Source of the DNA: an uncultured bacterium
GTDB taxonomy: Bacteria; Oederibacteriota; Oederibacteriia; Oederibacteriales; Oederibacteriaceae
Direction: 5' to 3'
Length of the DNA: 32,000 nt
NCBI GenBank assembly: GCA_965112635.1
Contig: OZ218778.1
Span: 730,258 to 762,257, forward strand
The translations under genes were made by a program, and so were the position numbers. Numbering within the stretch: position 1 is the first letter of the stretch; every line of letters begins with the position of its first letter. The notes beneath the pieces are model-generated. The model made no database searches and was not told the origin of the DNA. It saw only the letters and a list, made by a program, of their open reading frames with translations. Of this stretch, positions 24,346 through 32,000 are shown in pieces.

Positions 24346-25812
24346 TCAACCTTTTATGGTAGCTAAAGGCCTTAATTTTGCCACCTTTTTGGATATGCCC
24401 AACTGGTGTACCACCTCCACAACCTCATTGACATCTTTGTAGGCCTCCGGGCTTTCCTCAGCCACAGTCCCGCTATCCCGGGCTTTTAAAAATACCCCGT
24501 ATTTTTCCATCATTTCCCTGGGGATATTATGCCCCTGCCCCAGCTTGAGGGCCGCGGTCCGGCTCATCAGCCGGCCTGCGCCGTGGCAGGTGGAACCAAA
24601 AGTCTCCTTCATAGCCAGGTCCGTGCCTTTGAGCACATAGGAGGCCCTGCCCATATCCCCGGGGATGAAGACCGGCTGGCCGACGGGCCTGTATTTGGCC
24701 GGGATCTGGCTGTTTCCCGGCCCAAAAGCCCGGGTAGCCCCTTTGCGGTGCACGCAGACCTTGCGGAGCTTCCCCTGGACCAAATGTTCCTCGATCTTGG
24801 CGCTGTTGTGGGCCACGTCATAGACGAGTTCCAGCCCCAGGTCCCGGGCTTTTCTTCCCATTACCTGGCTGAAGGTGTCCCGGACCCAGCAGGTGATGAG
24901 CTGGCGGTTGGCAAAGGCGTAATTGACCGCACAGGCCATAGCGGCCAAATAGTGGCGGCCCTCCTTTGATCTAATGGGCGCGCAGGCCAGCTGGCGGTCA
25001 GGCAAGTCAAACCCAAAATCCCCTTTTTTGCTGTTGAGGAGTTTCAAATGGTCGTCGCAGACCTGGTAACCGAACCCCCTAGAGCCGGTGTGCAGGAGAA
25101 CGGCCGCCTGACCCAAAAAAAGCCCGAAGGTTGTCGCGGCTTCTGCGTCGTAAATTTCCTCCACCACCTGTATTTCCAAAAAATGGTTGCCCGAACCCAG
25201 AGTGCCCAGCTGTTTTTTGCCCCGCTCCCTGGCCCGAAGACTCACCAGCTCCGGGTCCGCGCCAATATAGGAACCTGTTTCCTCGATGTATTCCAGATCG
25301 TCAAAATCATCCTGGCTTTGGCCAAAACCCTGCTCCACCACCCAGCCCGCGCCTAAAGCGCAGACCTTGGCCGTGTCCTGGGGCGAAAGTTTGACCTTGC
25401 CCTCAGACCCCACGCCGGTGGGGATGTTGTCGTAAAGTTTCAGGATTAGTTTTTTCAGGACATCAGCAGGAAGGTCCTTTAGGCTGAGCTGGGTCCGGAG
25501 CAGTCTCACCCCGCAATTGATGTCATAGCCCACTCCGCCCGGCGACACCACGCCCTCGTCGCAGTCCATGGCCGCCACGCCTCCGATGGGAAACCCGTAG
25601 CCCCAGTGAATGTCCGGCATGGCGTAAGAGTAACGCAGGATGCCCGGCAGATGCGCCACATGGGCCACCTGCTCCAGAGCGTTATCATGCTGCATGGCCC
25701 GCATCATGGCCTCGCTGGCCAGGATGCGTCCCGCTACTCTCATGCCGGCCTCGCTGTCCTGGGGGATCTCCCAGCAGTAGTCGTTGATCTTTTTTATCTT
25801 AACTTCCATCAA
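24346..25812 (-). CDS. rtcB: RtcB-family RNA ligase
   Basis: 488 aa; GVAAMDCDEGVVSPGGVGYDINCGVRLLRT, LGSGNHFLEIQVVEEI, LVYDVAHNSAKIEEH, VHRKGATRAFGPG, FGSTCHGAGRLMSR. Confidence 0.97.
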   Translation of the reverse strand: MMEVKIKKINDYCWEIPQDSEAGMRVAGRILASEAMMRAMQHDNALEQVAHVAHLPGILRYSYAMPDIHWGYGFPIGGVAAMDCDEGVVSPGGVGYDINCGVRLLRTQLSLKDLPADVLKKLILKLYDNIPTGVGSEGKVKLSPQDTAKVCALGAGWVVEQGFGQSQDDFDDLEYIEETGSYIGADPELVSLRARERGKKQLGTLGSGNHFLEIQVVEEIYDAEAATTFGLFLGQAAVLLHTGSRGFGYQVCDDHLKLLNSKKGDFGFDLPDRQLACAPIRSKEGRHYLAAMACAVNYAFANRQLITCWVRDTFSQVMGRKARDLGLELVYDVAHNSAKIEEHLVQGKLRKVCVHRKGATRAFGPGNSQIPAKYRPVGQPVFIPGDMGRASYVLKGTDLAMKETFGSTCHGAGRLMSRTAALKLGQGHNIPREMMEKYGVFLKARDSGTVAEESPEAYKDVNEVVEVVHQLGISKKVAKLRPLATIKG

Positions 25813-25930
25813 AAGCCTTTCTCCTGGAATTATTAATTGTATTACCCTCTTGGCCGAATATAATAGGTCTCACACAGGAAATATCCATCCTTCTTAGAAA
25901 ATATTTTGCCGGCCAAGGAGCAATGACCTG

Positions 25931-27835
25931 ATGGGTGATCTGAAAAAATGGAGTTTTAGTTCGTTCCTCCTTATCCTGCTCCTGGCCGCGACCTTTTTCT
26001 CCCTGAGCTTCACCCTGTTCTGCAGGATGGACGCCTGGATGGATTCGGACAACGCCTCGGACGCTTTTTTGGCCAGGGAAATGCTGCATGAGCACAGCCT
26101 TCTCCCCGCGACCTGGTTCTACAGCTCCGAAATAAAGGTCCTCTCCGCCCCGCTCTTGATAGCGCCCGTCCTGCAATGGACCCACGACCTGATGCTGTCG
26201 CGCTCTCTGGCCAGTATCCTGCTCGTCCTGTTCTTGTGCTTTGTCTGGGCCGCGTACCTGAGGTCGCTGCGGCAGACCTGGTTTGCCATCGGCCTGACGC
26301 TCCTGCTTTTGCTGAGTCCCCTGTCTTCGCCGGCTGTTTTGGACAGTTTTTTTATCACGGCCAACTACGACCCCTTCATCATCTGCATCCTGCTCGTCCT
26401 GATGGCGGTCAACCGCCTGGCGGACGCCAAAAAAACTCTCCTGAACAGCCTCACCCTGGGGCTGGTCCTCTTGCTGTCCTATCTGCTGGGCCTGTCCGGG
26501 CCGCGCTTCCTGGCCTGCCTGTTCCTTCCGCTTCTTATGACCGAACTGCTCCTGAACTTGTTTCGCCAAAAGCACCTGTTCTCCAAAAATATCGTCCTCA
26601 GCCTGGCCCTGGTCCTGCTGTGCGGCCTGGGCTACCTGCACACCAGATCTTTGGCGGCCTCAGGCGTCCTGCACTACTCGGATTATTCCTCCATCAGGAT
26701 GGCGGGCTGGGCAGACCTCCCGCTACGCCTCCTCCGGGCTTGCAGCGCCATGCTGGTCTTGGCCGGCGGGCTTCGCCCGGTCCCGTTGGCCAGCCTGGCC
26801 GGGCTGGCCACGCTTTATCAGGCCCTGTTCTTCTTTTTCCTTTGTTTTGCCGCTGTTTCCGCGGTGTTCCGGTGGAAAACCCGTTCAGAAAGGCAAAAGC
26901 GCCTGGTCCTGTTTTTCTGGACAGCCGCGGCCATCAACTTTGGCTATATCGTGCTTTCAGCCATCCGCATTTCCGAACGCTACCATCTCCTGACCCTGGT
27001 CTTTATGTTCCTCCTGTTGCCCCTGCTCCTGGACACGGCCCCCCAGCGTCCTTTCCCCAAGGCCGTTCTCTTCCTTTTGATCATCCTGGAGGTCCTCGCG
27101 GTCCAATACCAGGTCATGGTCAGGGAAAGTTATCTCAAACCAGCCCAGGTGGACCAGCGCCGGGTCGTCGATTATCTGGAGAAGAACGGCTACACCTTCG
27201 GCTATGCCACTTACTGGCACGCGGGCCTCTTGTCCCTGCTGTCCAACGGACAGGTGGAGATAGCCCACATCCACGGAGCGCTTTTTTCGGCGCCGGCGCT
27301 CTGGCTGACCCCCAGCCGCTATTACGACCGCAACTACCATCCCGGCCGGACTTTCCTCCTGCTCACCTCAGACGAGGCCGCCCGGGCTCCGGAAACTCTT
27401 TTATGGGGTTCGGTGAAGCAGGCTGAGGTGGCCGGCTATGTGATCTACGGCTGGGAGAACAATCCCTTTGATTTTTTGCTTTTTTTTCCCTGGGAACACA
27501 GGGACCTGGACTTGGCCCATCTGCCCCGGCAGGGAGGAAAAACGAACAAGGACGGCTCCCTACTGCTCCAGCCCGGAGAGCGTGTCTACGGGCCGTTCTG
27601 GACGCTGTCGCCTGGAAAATATTTGCTCAAGCTGGGGTTCAAGGCCGGCCAAAAGATCAAAGCAAGGGTTTTGGTCTGCTCCGGAGAAGATCTGATAACC
27701 CAGGCCGTGGTCTCCCGCGATACGGCGATCCCTTTCAGCCTGGCCCAAAGCACGCCCAGCCTGGACTTCCCGGTTTACAACCCTGGCCCCGGTCCCTTGA
27801 CCGTCCGAGCCATGTCCCTGGAAGCCGTGAAGTAA
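25931..27835 (+). CDS. Polytopic membrane protein, GT-C glycosyltransferase-like
   Basis: 634 aa, many hydrophobic segments, N-terminal MDSDNASDAFLAREMLHEHSLLPATWFYSSE pattern (an early acidic loop as in GT-C enzymes), soluble C-terminus. Confidence 0.65.
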   Translation: MGDLKKWSFSSFLLILLLAATFFSLSFTLFCRMDAWMDSDNASDAFLAREMLHEHSLLPATWFYSSEIKVLSAPLLIAPVLQWTHDLMLSRSLASILLVLFLCFVWAAYLRSLRQTWFAIGLTLLLLLSPLSSPAVLDSFFITANYDPFIICILLVLMAVNRLADAKKTLLNSLTLGLVLLLSYLLGLSGPRFLACLFLPLLMTELLLNLFRQKHLFSKNIVLSLALVLLCGLGYLHTRSLAASGVLHYSDYSSIRMAGWADLPLRLLRACSAMLVLAGGLRPVPLASLAGLATLYQALFFFFLCFAAVSAVFRWKTRSERQKRLVLFFWTAAAINFGYIVLSAIRISERYHLLTLVFMFLLLPLLLDTAPQRPFPKAVLFLLIILEVLAVQYQVMVRESYLKPAQVDQRRVVDYLEKNGYTFGYATYWHAGLLSLLSNGQVEIAHIHGALFSAPALWLTPSRYYDRNYHPGRTFLLLTSDEAARAPETLLWGSVKQAEVAGYVIYGWENNPFDFLLFFPWEHRDLDLAHLPRQGGKTNKDGSLLLQPGERVYGPFWTLSPGKYLLKLGFKAGQKIKARVLVCSGEDLITQAVVSRDTAIPFSLAQSTPSLDFPVYNPGPGPLTVRAMSLEAVK

Positions 27836-27846
27836 CCTTGGCCGGA

Positions 27847-30354
27847 TCAGCGCAGGTTTTTCAACAAATATTCGCCGCTCAGGCGGACATTCCAGTACGG
27901 ACTCGCCAGACAAAGCTTGATCTCCTGTTTCAGCGAGGCCAAAGGCGGATGTATCCTGGCCAGGGCTTTGGCCGCGGGCAGGCTCAGCGACCAGTTCAAC
28001 AGCAGAGGTTTTAGGGACGCTACAGCCGGCCCGGCCTCCGGCCCGATATTGCCCAGGGCCATGACGCAGCTGGACAGCAGCCGGCCGTCGCTCATGGCCT
28101 CTATAAGCACAGGCACAGCCGGTTTGGCCGCGGCCCCCATTTTGCCCACGCTATAAACCGCCATGTTTTTGAGGTCGTACGACCTTCCCGGCCTCTGGAT
28201 GATCTTTTCCAGCAGGCCCAGGCTGTTCCTGGCTCCGCCGGCCATCCGCGAGAGCGCGTAGACCGGCATGAGTGAACTTTCCTCGTCCGAATCCCTCAGC
28301 CCTTGCACGAGCCCGGGAATATTTTTTTCTCCCCCGCGGGCCAGAAGTGCCGCCGCGCCGCATTGCCGCCTCCAGTCCGCGTCGGTCAAATGAACGAGGG
28401 CTCCTGCCGCACCGGCCCCCTCTTTTTTGATCACGGCTTCGCTCTGGCTGAGCTCGCGGTCCAGCTCCAGGCTGGCGCTGCCCGGGACAGCCCTATGGCC
28501 CAGGTCAAAGCAAAGATAATCTTCTCCGCTCAAGACCCCGGCCTCCGGCACGATCCAGCGGCTGAAAAATTCCGCGGACTCCGGGCACAGGACGGTCCGG
28601 TGCAGGACGATGTACCTGACCTTGTTCCGGCTGAGGAACTCCCTCCATTGGCCGACCTCCGCCCTTTCCGGCGGGAAAGAGCCCGGCACCTTTTGGCGCT
28701 GATCGAGATCGTTGAGCACCCAGTCCGCGGCCAGGGCCTCTCCGGTCCGGCGCGGTATCCTGGACACATAACCGCTGATGATATTTTTCTGGTGCACGAT
28801 CTGGTAGGTCTGCCCTGAGACCTTCATGTATTTTCCGTAAAGAAGCATGCCGTCCTTGGCCATAAAGGGAATTTCCAGCACCGTGCACGGCTCCGGGTCG
28901 CGGGCCATGACCCTGTAAATATCGGGGATAGGGGGATATTGGTACAGCGGCAAAGGAAAGCACAAAAACTCGAACAAAAGGCCGGCCGCCGCCAGGGACC
29001 CGGCCAGCCAGGACCAGATACGCCGCCCTGCCAAAACCTCTTTCCAGCGGTCCCAGCAAAAACCCAGCGTCAGGCCCAGGCCGAGCATGGCCAGGACCAT
29101 GAGCCTGGCGGGAACATGGAAATTCTTTATCACCGGCAGGTACTGCGTCAGCAGGAAAGGTAGGGGCAGGGGCAGGCCGAGCACGGTCACCAGGCTGGCG
29201 TTGGCCCGGAGCGCCGGCCCTAAACTGAAGATGAGAAAAAATAAAAAAGCCGCCAGCCACATCCCGGCCTCTTTGCGCCTGAAAGCTTTTATAAAAAACC
29301 CGGAAACCAGCAGGGCCGCGCAGGTCCAGCCCAGGAAAACCGTGTTCTCGTAGGAGTAGAACGCAGAGTCCCCGGAAAAAAACCTGTGGAAAACCGGATG
29401 CAGGAACGAGGGAGTGAAGAGGGCGGTCAGGTCGGCAGAGTTGCGGCTGCAGACGGCGTAGTTGGATTGGAAATGCCGGACCAGGTCCTGCAGCGGCAAA
29501 CCGCCTCCCAGATAGCGGCCGAACTGACGCAGGTCCGTGGACAGGCTGGAGCCGTTGTAGCTATAGACATTGGAATCCATGGATAAAACCGCGGATAGGA
29601 ACGGAGCAAGCAAAACCAGGAATGGAAGGGACAAAGCCAGCGCCTGCGCCCAGCCAAAGGCAGGGACCTTGTCCCTGGGCCGGTCATGAAAAATGAAAAG
29701 GAGCAGGCCGAGGCCCAGGCACCAGAACACGCTGACTTGCTCCGCCCACGCCTGCAGGCCCAAAAAAACAGAGGCCCACAGGGCGTCTAGCCGCCTTCTT
29801 TTCCGGAAATACCTCGTCAGGAACAAAAGGAAGAACGGGACCGCTTCGGTGCTGACGATGGCCAGGTGCCCCGCGGAAATATATCCCATCCGCACCGGAG
29901 CGAACCCGAAAACAAAACCAGCCAGAAGGCCAGCTAGAAAACTCAGCCCGTATTCCCGGGCCAGCATGTACGCGCCCCAGGCTGAAAAACAGAACGAGAC
30001 CAGATACCCCGCGTTGAAAGCCCGCAAGAGCCCCAGCCAAGGCTGGAGCAGGGTCTGGTAAACGCCGTGCAAAGGAATGGAACCGTCATAGGCCAGGCTC
30101 GCGCCGTAGGGATAAAAGAGCATGCTGGTGTGGAACGGGTTGGTCCCGTGCCCCAGCGCATAAGCGAAGTGCCAGGCCTCCCAGACGATCAGCTCCGTGT
30201 CCCCGCCGAAATTCCATCCGCCGGGAACGCGGGTATCAAAATGCTGGAACCAGGGCCAGGTATAGAGAGCGGTCAGCAGGATGAACAGGCCCAGGGCCAG
30301 GAAAGACTCTCTGGTCCTGTGTCCTGTATCCCGGTTGATGGTCTTTTTTTTCAT
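27847..30354 (-). CDS. GT-C-like polytopic membrane protein with C-terminal HEAT-like repeats
   Basis: 835 aa; N-term GGDTELIVWEAWHFAYALGHGTNPFHTSMLFYPYG plus many TM segments. C-term AAALLARGGEKNIPGLVQGLRDSD..., MAVYSVGKMGAAAKPAVPVLIEAMSD..., VMALGNIGPEAGPAVASLKPLL (HEAT/armadillo-like). Confidence 0.75.
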   Translation of the reverse strand: MKKKTINRDTGHRTRESFLALGLFILLTALYTWPWFQHFDTRVPGGWNFGGDTELIVWEAWHFAYALGHGTNPFHTSMLFYPYGASLAYDGSIPLHGVYQTLLQPWLGLLRAFNAGYLVSFCFSAWGAYMLAREYGLSFLAGLLAGFVFGFAPVRMGYISAGHLAIVSTEAVPFFLLFLTRYFRKRRRLDALWASVFLGLQAWAEQVSVFWCLGLGLLLFIFHDRPRDKVPAFGWAQALALSLPFLVLLAPFLSAVLSMDSNVYSYNGSSLSTDLRQFGRYLGGGLPLQDLVRHFQSNYAVCSRNSADLTALFTPSFLHPVFHRFFSGDSAFYSYENTVFLGWTCAALLVSGFFIKAFRRKEAGMWLAAFLFFLIFSLGPALRANASLVTVLGLPLPLPFLLTQYLPVIKNFHVPARLMVLAMLGLGLTLGFCWDRWKEVLAGRRIWSWLAGSLAAAGLLFEFLCFPLPLYQYPPIPDIYRVMARDPEPCTVLEIPFMAKDGMLLYGKYMKVSGQTYQIVHQKNIISGYVSRIPRRTGEALAADWVLNDLDQRQKVPGSFPPERAEVGQWREFLSRNKVRYIVLHRTVLCPESAEFFSRWIVPEAGVLSGEDYLCFDLGHRAVPGSASLELDRELSQSEAVIKKEGAGAAGALVHLTDADWRRQCGAAALLARGGEKNIPGLVQGLRDSDEESSLMPVYALSRMAGGARNSLGLLEKIIQRPGRSYDLKNMAVYSVGKMGAAAKPAVPVLIEAMSDGRLLSSCVMALGNIGPEAGPAVASLKPLLLNWSLSLPAAKALARIHPPLASLKQEIKLCLASPYWNVRLSGEYLLKNLR

Positions 30355-30408
30355 GTTTGTGTTTCCTTAAGAAAGAAATCTCCCCGTTAAAAAGGAAAAG
30401 GCAGCCGC

Positions 30409-31167
30409 TTAAAATCTCCACGCTTGGAGTTTTTCCATGAACCCGTGGTCCGTCAGGTCGTAGTGGAGAGGGGTGATGGACACAAAACCCTTTTGCAGGG
30501 CGTTCATGTCGCTCCCCTCGGGCTCCTGCAGGCTGAGCTGTTCGGCGGTCAGCCAGTAATAGACCCCGCCCTTGGGGTCCCGGCGTTTGAGGTAAGTATC
30601 GGTGTACTTGAATTTCCCCTGGCGGGTCACGCGGATGCCTTGGATACGGGAAAGGGGCTTGTCGGGCACGTTGACGTTCAAAAGGATATTGGAGGGCAAA
30701 CCGTATTTTTTGATCTTCTCGATGATCCGGCCGGCGATCACGCCGGCTGTCCCGTAATGCGCCGGTTTTTTGGTCTTGTTCCAGATCGAAACGGCCATGG
30801 CGGGAACACCCATGATATTGCCTTCGATGGCCGCGGAGACCGTGCCAGAATACAGGACATTGGTTCCAGTGTTGTGGCCCGGGTTGATGCCGGACACGAC
30901 CAGGTCCGGCTTGTGCCGGAGCAGGGCCTTGACCGAAAGTTTGACGCAGTCAGCCGGGGTGCCGTTGACGCTAAAACCGAAAAATCTTCCCTTTATCCTG
31001 ACCGGGGTCACCCGCAGAGGATCGAGCACGGTCAGGGAGTGGCCGGATGCGCTTTTTTCCGCTTCCGGCGCGACCACGTCGACCTGGGCCTTTTTCTGCA
31101 GGGCTTTTTTGAGGACCCTTAAACCTTCGCCTTGGATGCCGTCGTCGTTGGTCAGAAGGATCCTCAT
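30409..31167 (-). CDS. surE: 5'/3'-nucleotidase SurE
   Basis: 252 aa; MRILLTNDDGIQGEGL, APEAEKSASGHSLT, VNGTPADCVKL, DLVVSGINPGHNTGTNVLYSGTVSAAIEG. Confidence 0.97.
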   Translation of the reverse strand: MRILLTNDDGIQGEGLRVLKKALQKKAQVDVVAPEAEKSASGHSLTVLDPLRVTPVRIKGRFFGFSVNGTPADCVKLSVKALLRHKPDLVVSGINPGHNTGTNVLYSGTVSAAIEGNIMGVPAMAVSIWNKTKKPAHYGTAGVIAGRIIEKIKKYGLPSNILLNVNVPDKPLSRIQGIRVTRQGKFKYTDTYLKRRDPKGGVYYWLTAEQLSLQEPEGSDMNALQKGFVSITPLHYDLTDHGFMEKLQAWRF

Positions 31168-31191
31168 TTTTTTTGTCCTATCTCCGCTTGG

Positions 31192-32000
31192 TCAAACATT
31201 GAACCGGAAATGCACCACGTCGCCGTCCTGCATGACGTAATCCTTGCCTTCGGAGCGCAGTAAACCCTTCTCCCGGACCGCCAGCTCCGAACCCAGTTTA
31301 TCCAGCTCATTAAAGGAAAAAACCTCGGCCCGGATGAATCCCCTTTCAAAATCAGTGTGGATGACGCCGGCGCACTGGGGCGCTTTCATGCCTTTCTCGA
31401 AGGTCCAGGCGCGCGTTTCGTCAGGCCCGCCGGTCAAAAAAGTCTGCAGTCCCAGAAGCTCGTAGCCGGCCCGGATGAGGGCATTAAGGCCAGGCTCTTT
31501 AAGGCCCAGAGAGGCCAAAAACTCGGCCTGCTCTTCTTGAGGGAGGGCCAGGAGCTCGGCTTCGAGCTGGCAGCACAGGACCACCACCGGGATATGCTGT
31601 TTGGCGGCCAAATCCTTGAGGGCTTGGGTATGGCCGGACTCCTGCTTGAGCCCGGCCTCGTCCACGTTGGCCACATACAAGAGGGGCTTGTGCGTCAAAA
31701 GCGCCAAAGAATTTAGAAACTTGGTTTCTTCCTCGTCCCAGGTGACGAACCGGAGCGACCGGCCCTGGTCTAAAGCATCTTTGGCTTTTTTCAGCACCGC
31801 TAACTGAAAGAGCACGGTTTTATCCTGCGACTTGGCTTGCTTGGCGGCTTTGTCCAAACTCTTGGTCACGGAATCCAGATCTTTGAGCAAAAGTTCGGTC
31901 TCGATGATCTCCACGTCACGCTGGGGGTCGATGCTGCCGGCCACGTGCACGACATCTTTTTTGTCAAAACAGCGGACCACTTCCACGATGGCCTGGCACT
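31192..32000 (-). CDS. ychF: Ribosome-binding ATPase YchF, truncated by window end (N-terminus outside)
   Basis: ...CQAIVEVVRCFDKKDVVHVAGSIDPQRDVEIIETELLLKDL...TFLTGGPDETRAWTFEKGMKAPQCAGVIHTDFERGFIRAEV...GKDYVMQDGDVVHFRFNV. Confidence 0.95.
   Translation of the reverse strand, partial: CQAIVEVVRCFDKKDVVHVAGSIDPQRDVEIIETELLLKDLDSVTKSLDKAAKQAKSQDKTVLFQLAVLKKAKDALDQGRSLRFVTWDEEETKFLNSLALLTHKPLLYVANVDEAGLKQESGHTQALKDLAAKQHIPVVVLCCQLEAELLALPQEEQAEFLASLGLKEPGLNALIRAGYELLGLQTFLTGGPDETRAWTFEKGMKAPQCAGVIHTDFERGFIRAEVFSFNELDKLGSELAVREKGLLRSEGKDYVMQDGDVVHFRFNV

Noticed and set aside
24346-25812. rtcB as a member of the defence island
   Set aside because: It is separated by the ICMT and DUF4143 genes and about 300-bp spacers, with flank-like composition. 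It is more simply housekeeping or RNA repair.
26176-27426. 416-aa plus-strand ORF overlapping 25931-27835
   Set aside because: Proline/arginine/glycine-rich shadow frame of a GC-rich gene. The 634-aa frame has coherent TM segments and a proper length, so this one is not coding.
28505-29260. 251-aa minus ORF plus several 60-120-aa ORFs (28303-28818, 29684-30040, 30067-30390)
   Set aside because: Shadow frames within the 835-aa GT-C/HEAT gene; low-complexity A/G/R/P composition and no family signature.
1-32000. tRNA/rRNA genes
   Set aside because: No recognisable tRNA cloverleaf core (GGTTCRANYCC-type with partner arms) or rRNA segments were seen by eye. tRNAscan-SE and Infernal would be decisive.

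Overview
The window looks like a bacterial chromosome segment with housekeeping flanks: serS, rtcB, surE and a window-truncated ychF. Between them are several accessory blocks. They are: (a) a frameshifted GH78-like alpha-L-rhamnosidase gene translationally coupled to a URO-D-family (MtaA/CmuA-like) gene, with a second URO-D-like gene divergent to it; (b) a cNMP-binding protein / two Sel1-repeat proteins operon; (c) a duplicated ArsR-type regulator cassette (11.3-11.8 kb and 13.9-14.4 kb) in which each copy has an upstream palindrome centred on CAATTG, interleaved with a RHH/PIN toxin-antitoxin pair and a GH43/GH130-like five-bladed-propeller gene; (d) a visibly AT-rich putative defence island at about 14.6-21.9 kb. 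The island encodes a small PD-(D/E)XK-like protein, a MazG-like NTP pyrophosphohydrolase, a nuclease-helicase-LexA/S24-peptidase fusion, an HNH endonuclease, a second nuclease-DUF2075 helicase and a DUF3800 protein. I see no DNA methyltransferase in it. This island is the best candidate for an under-described system. Two intergenic regions also share helically phased (20-21 bp spacing) ATCnATTTTTGAT-like elements. All family assignments are motif reading by eye, with no database searches.
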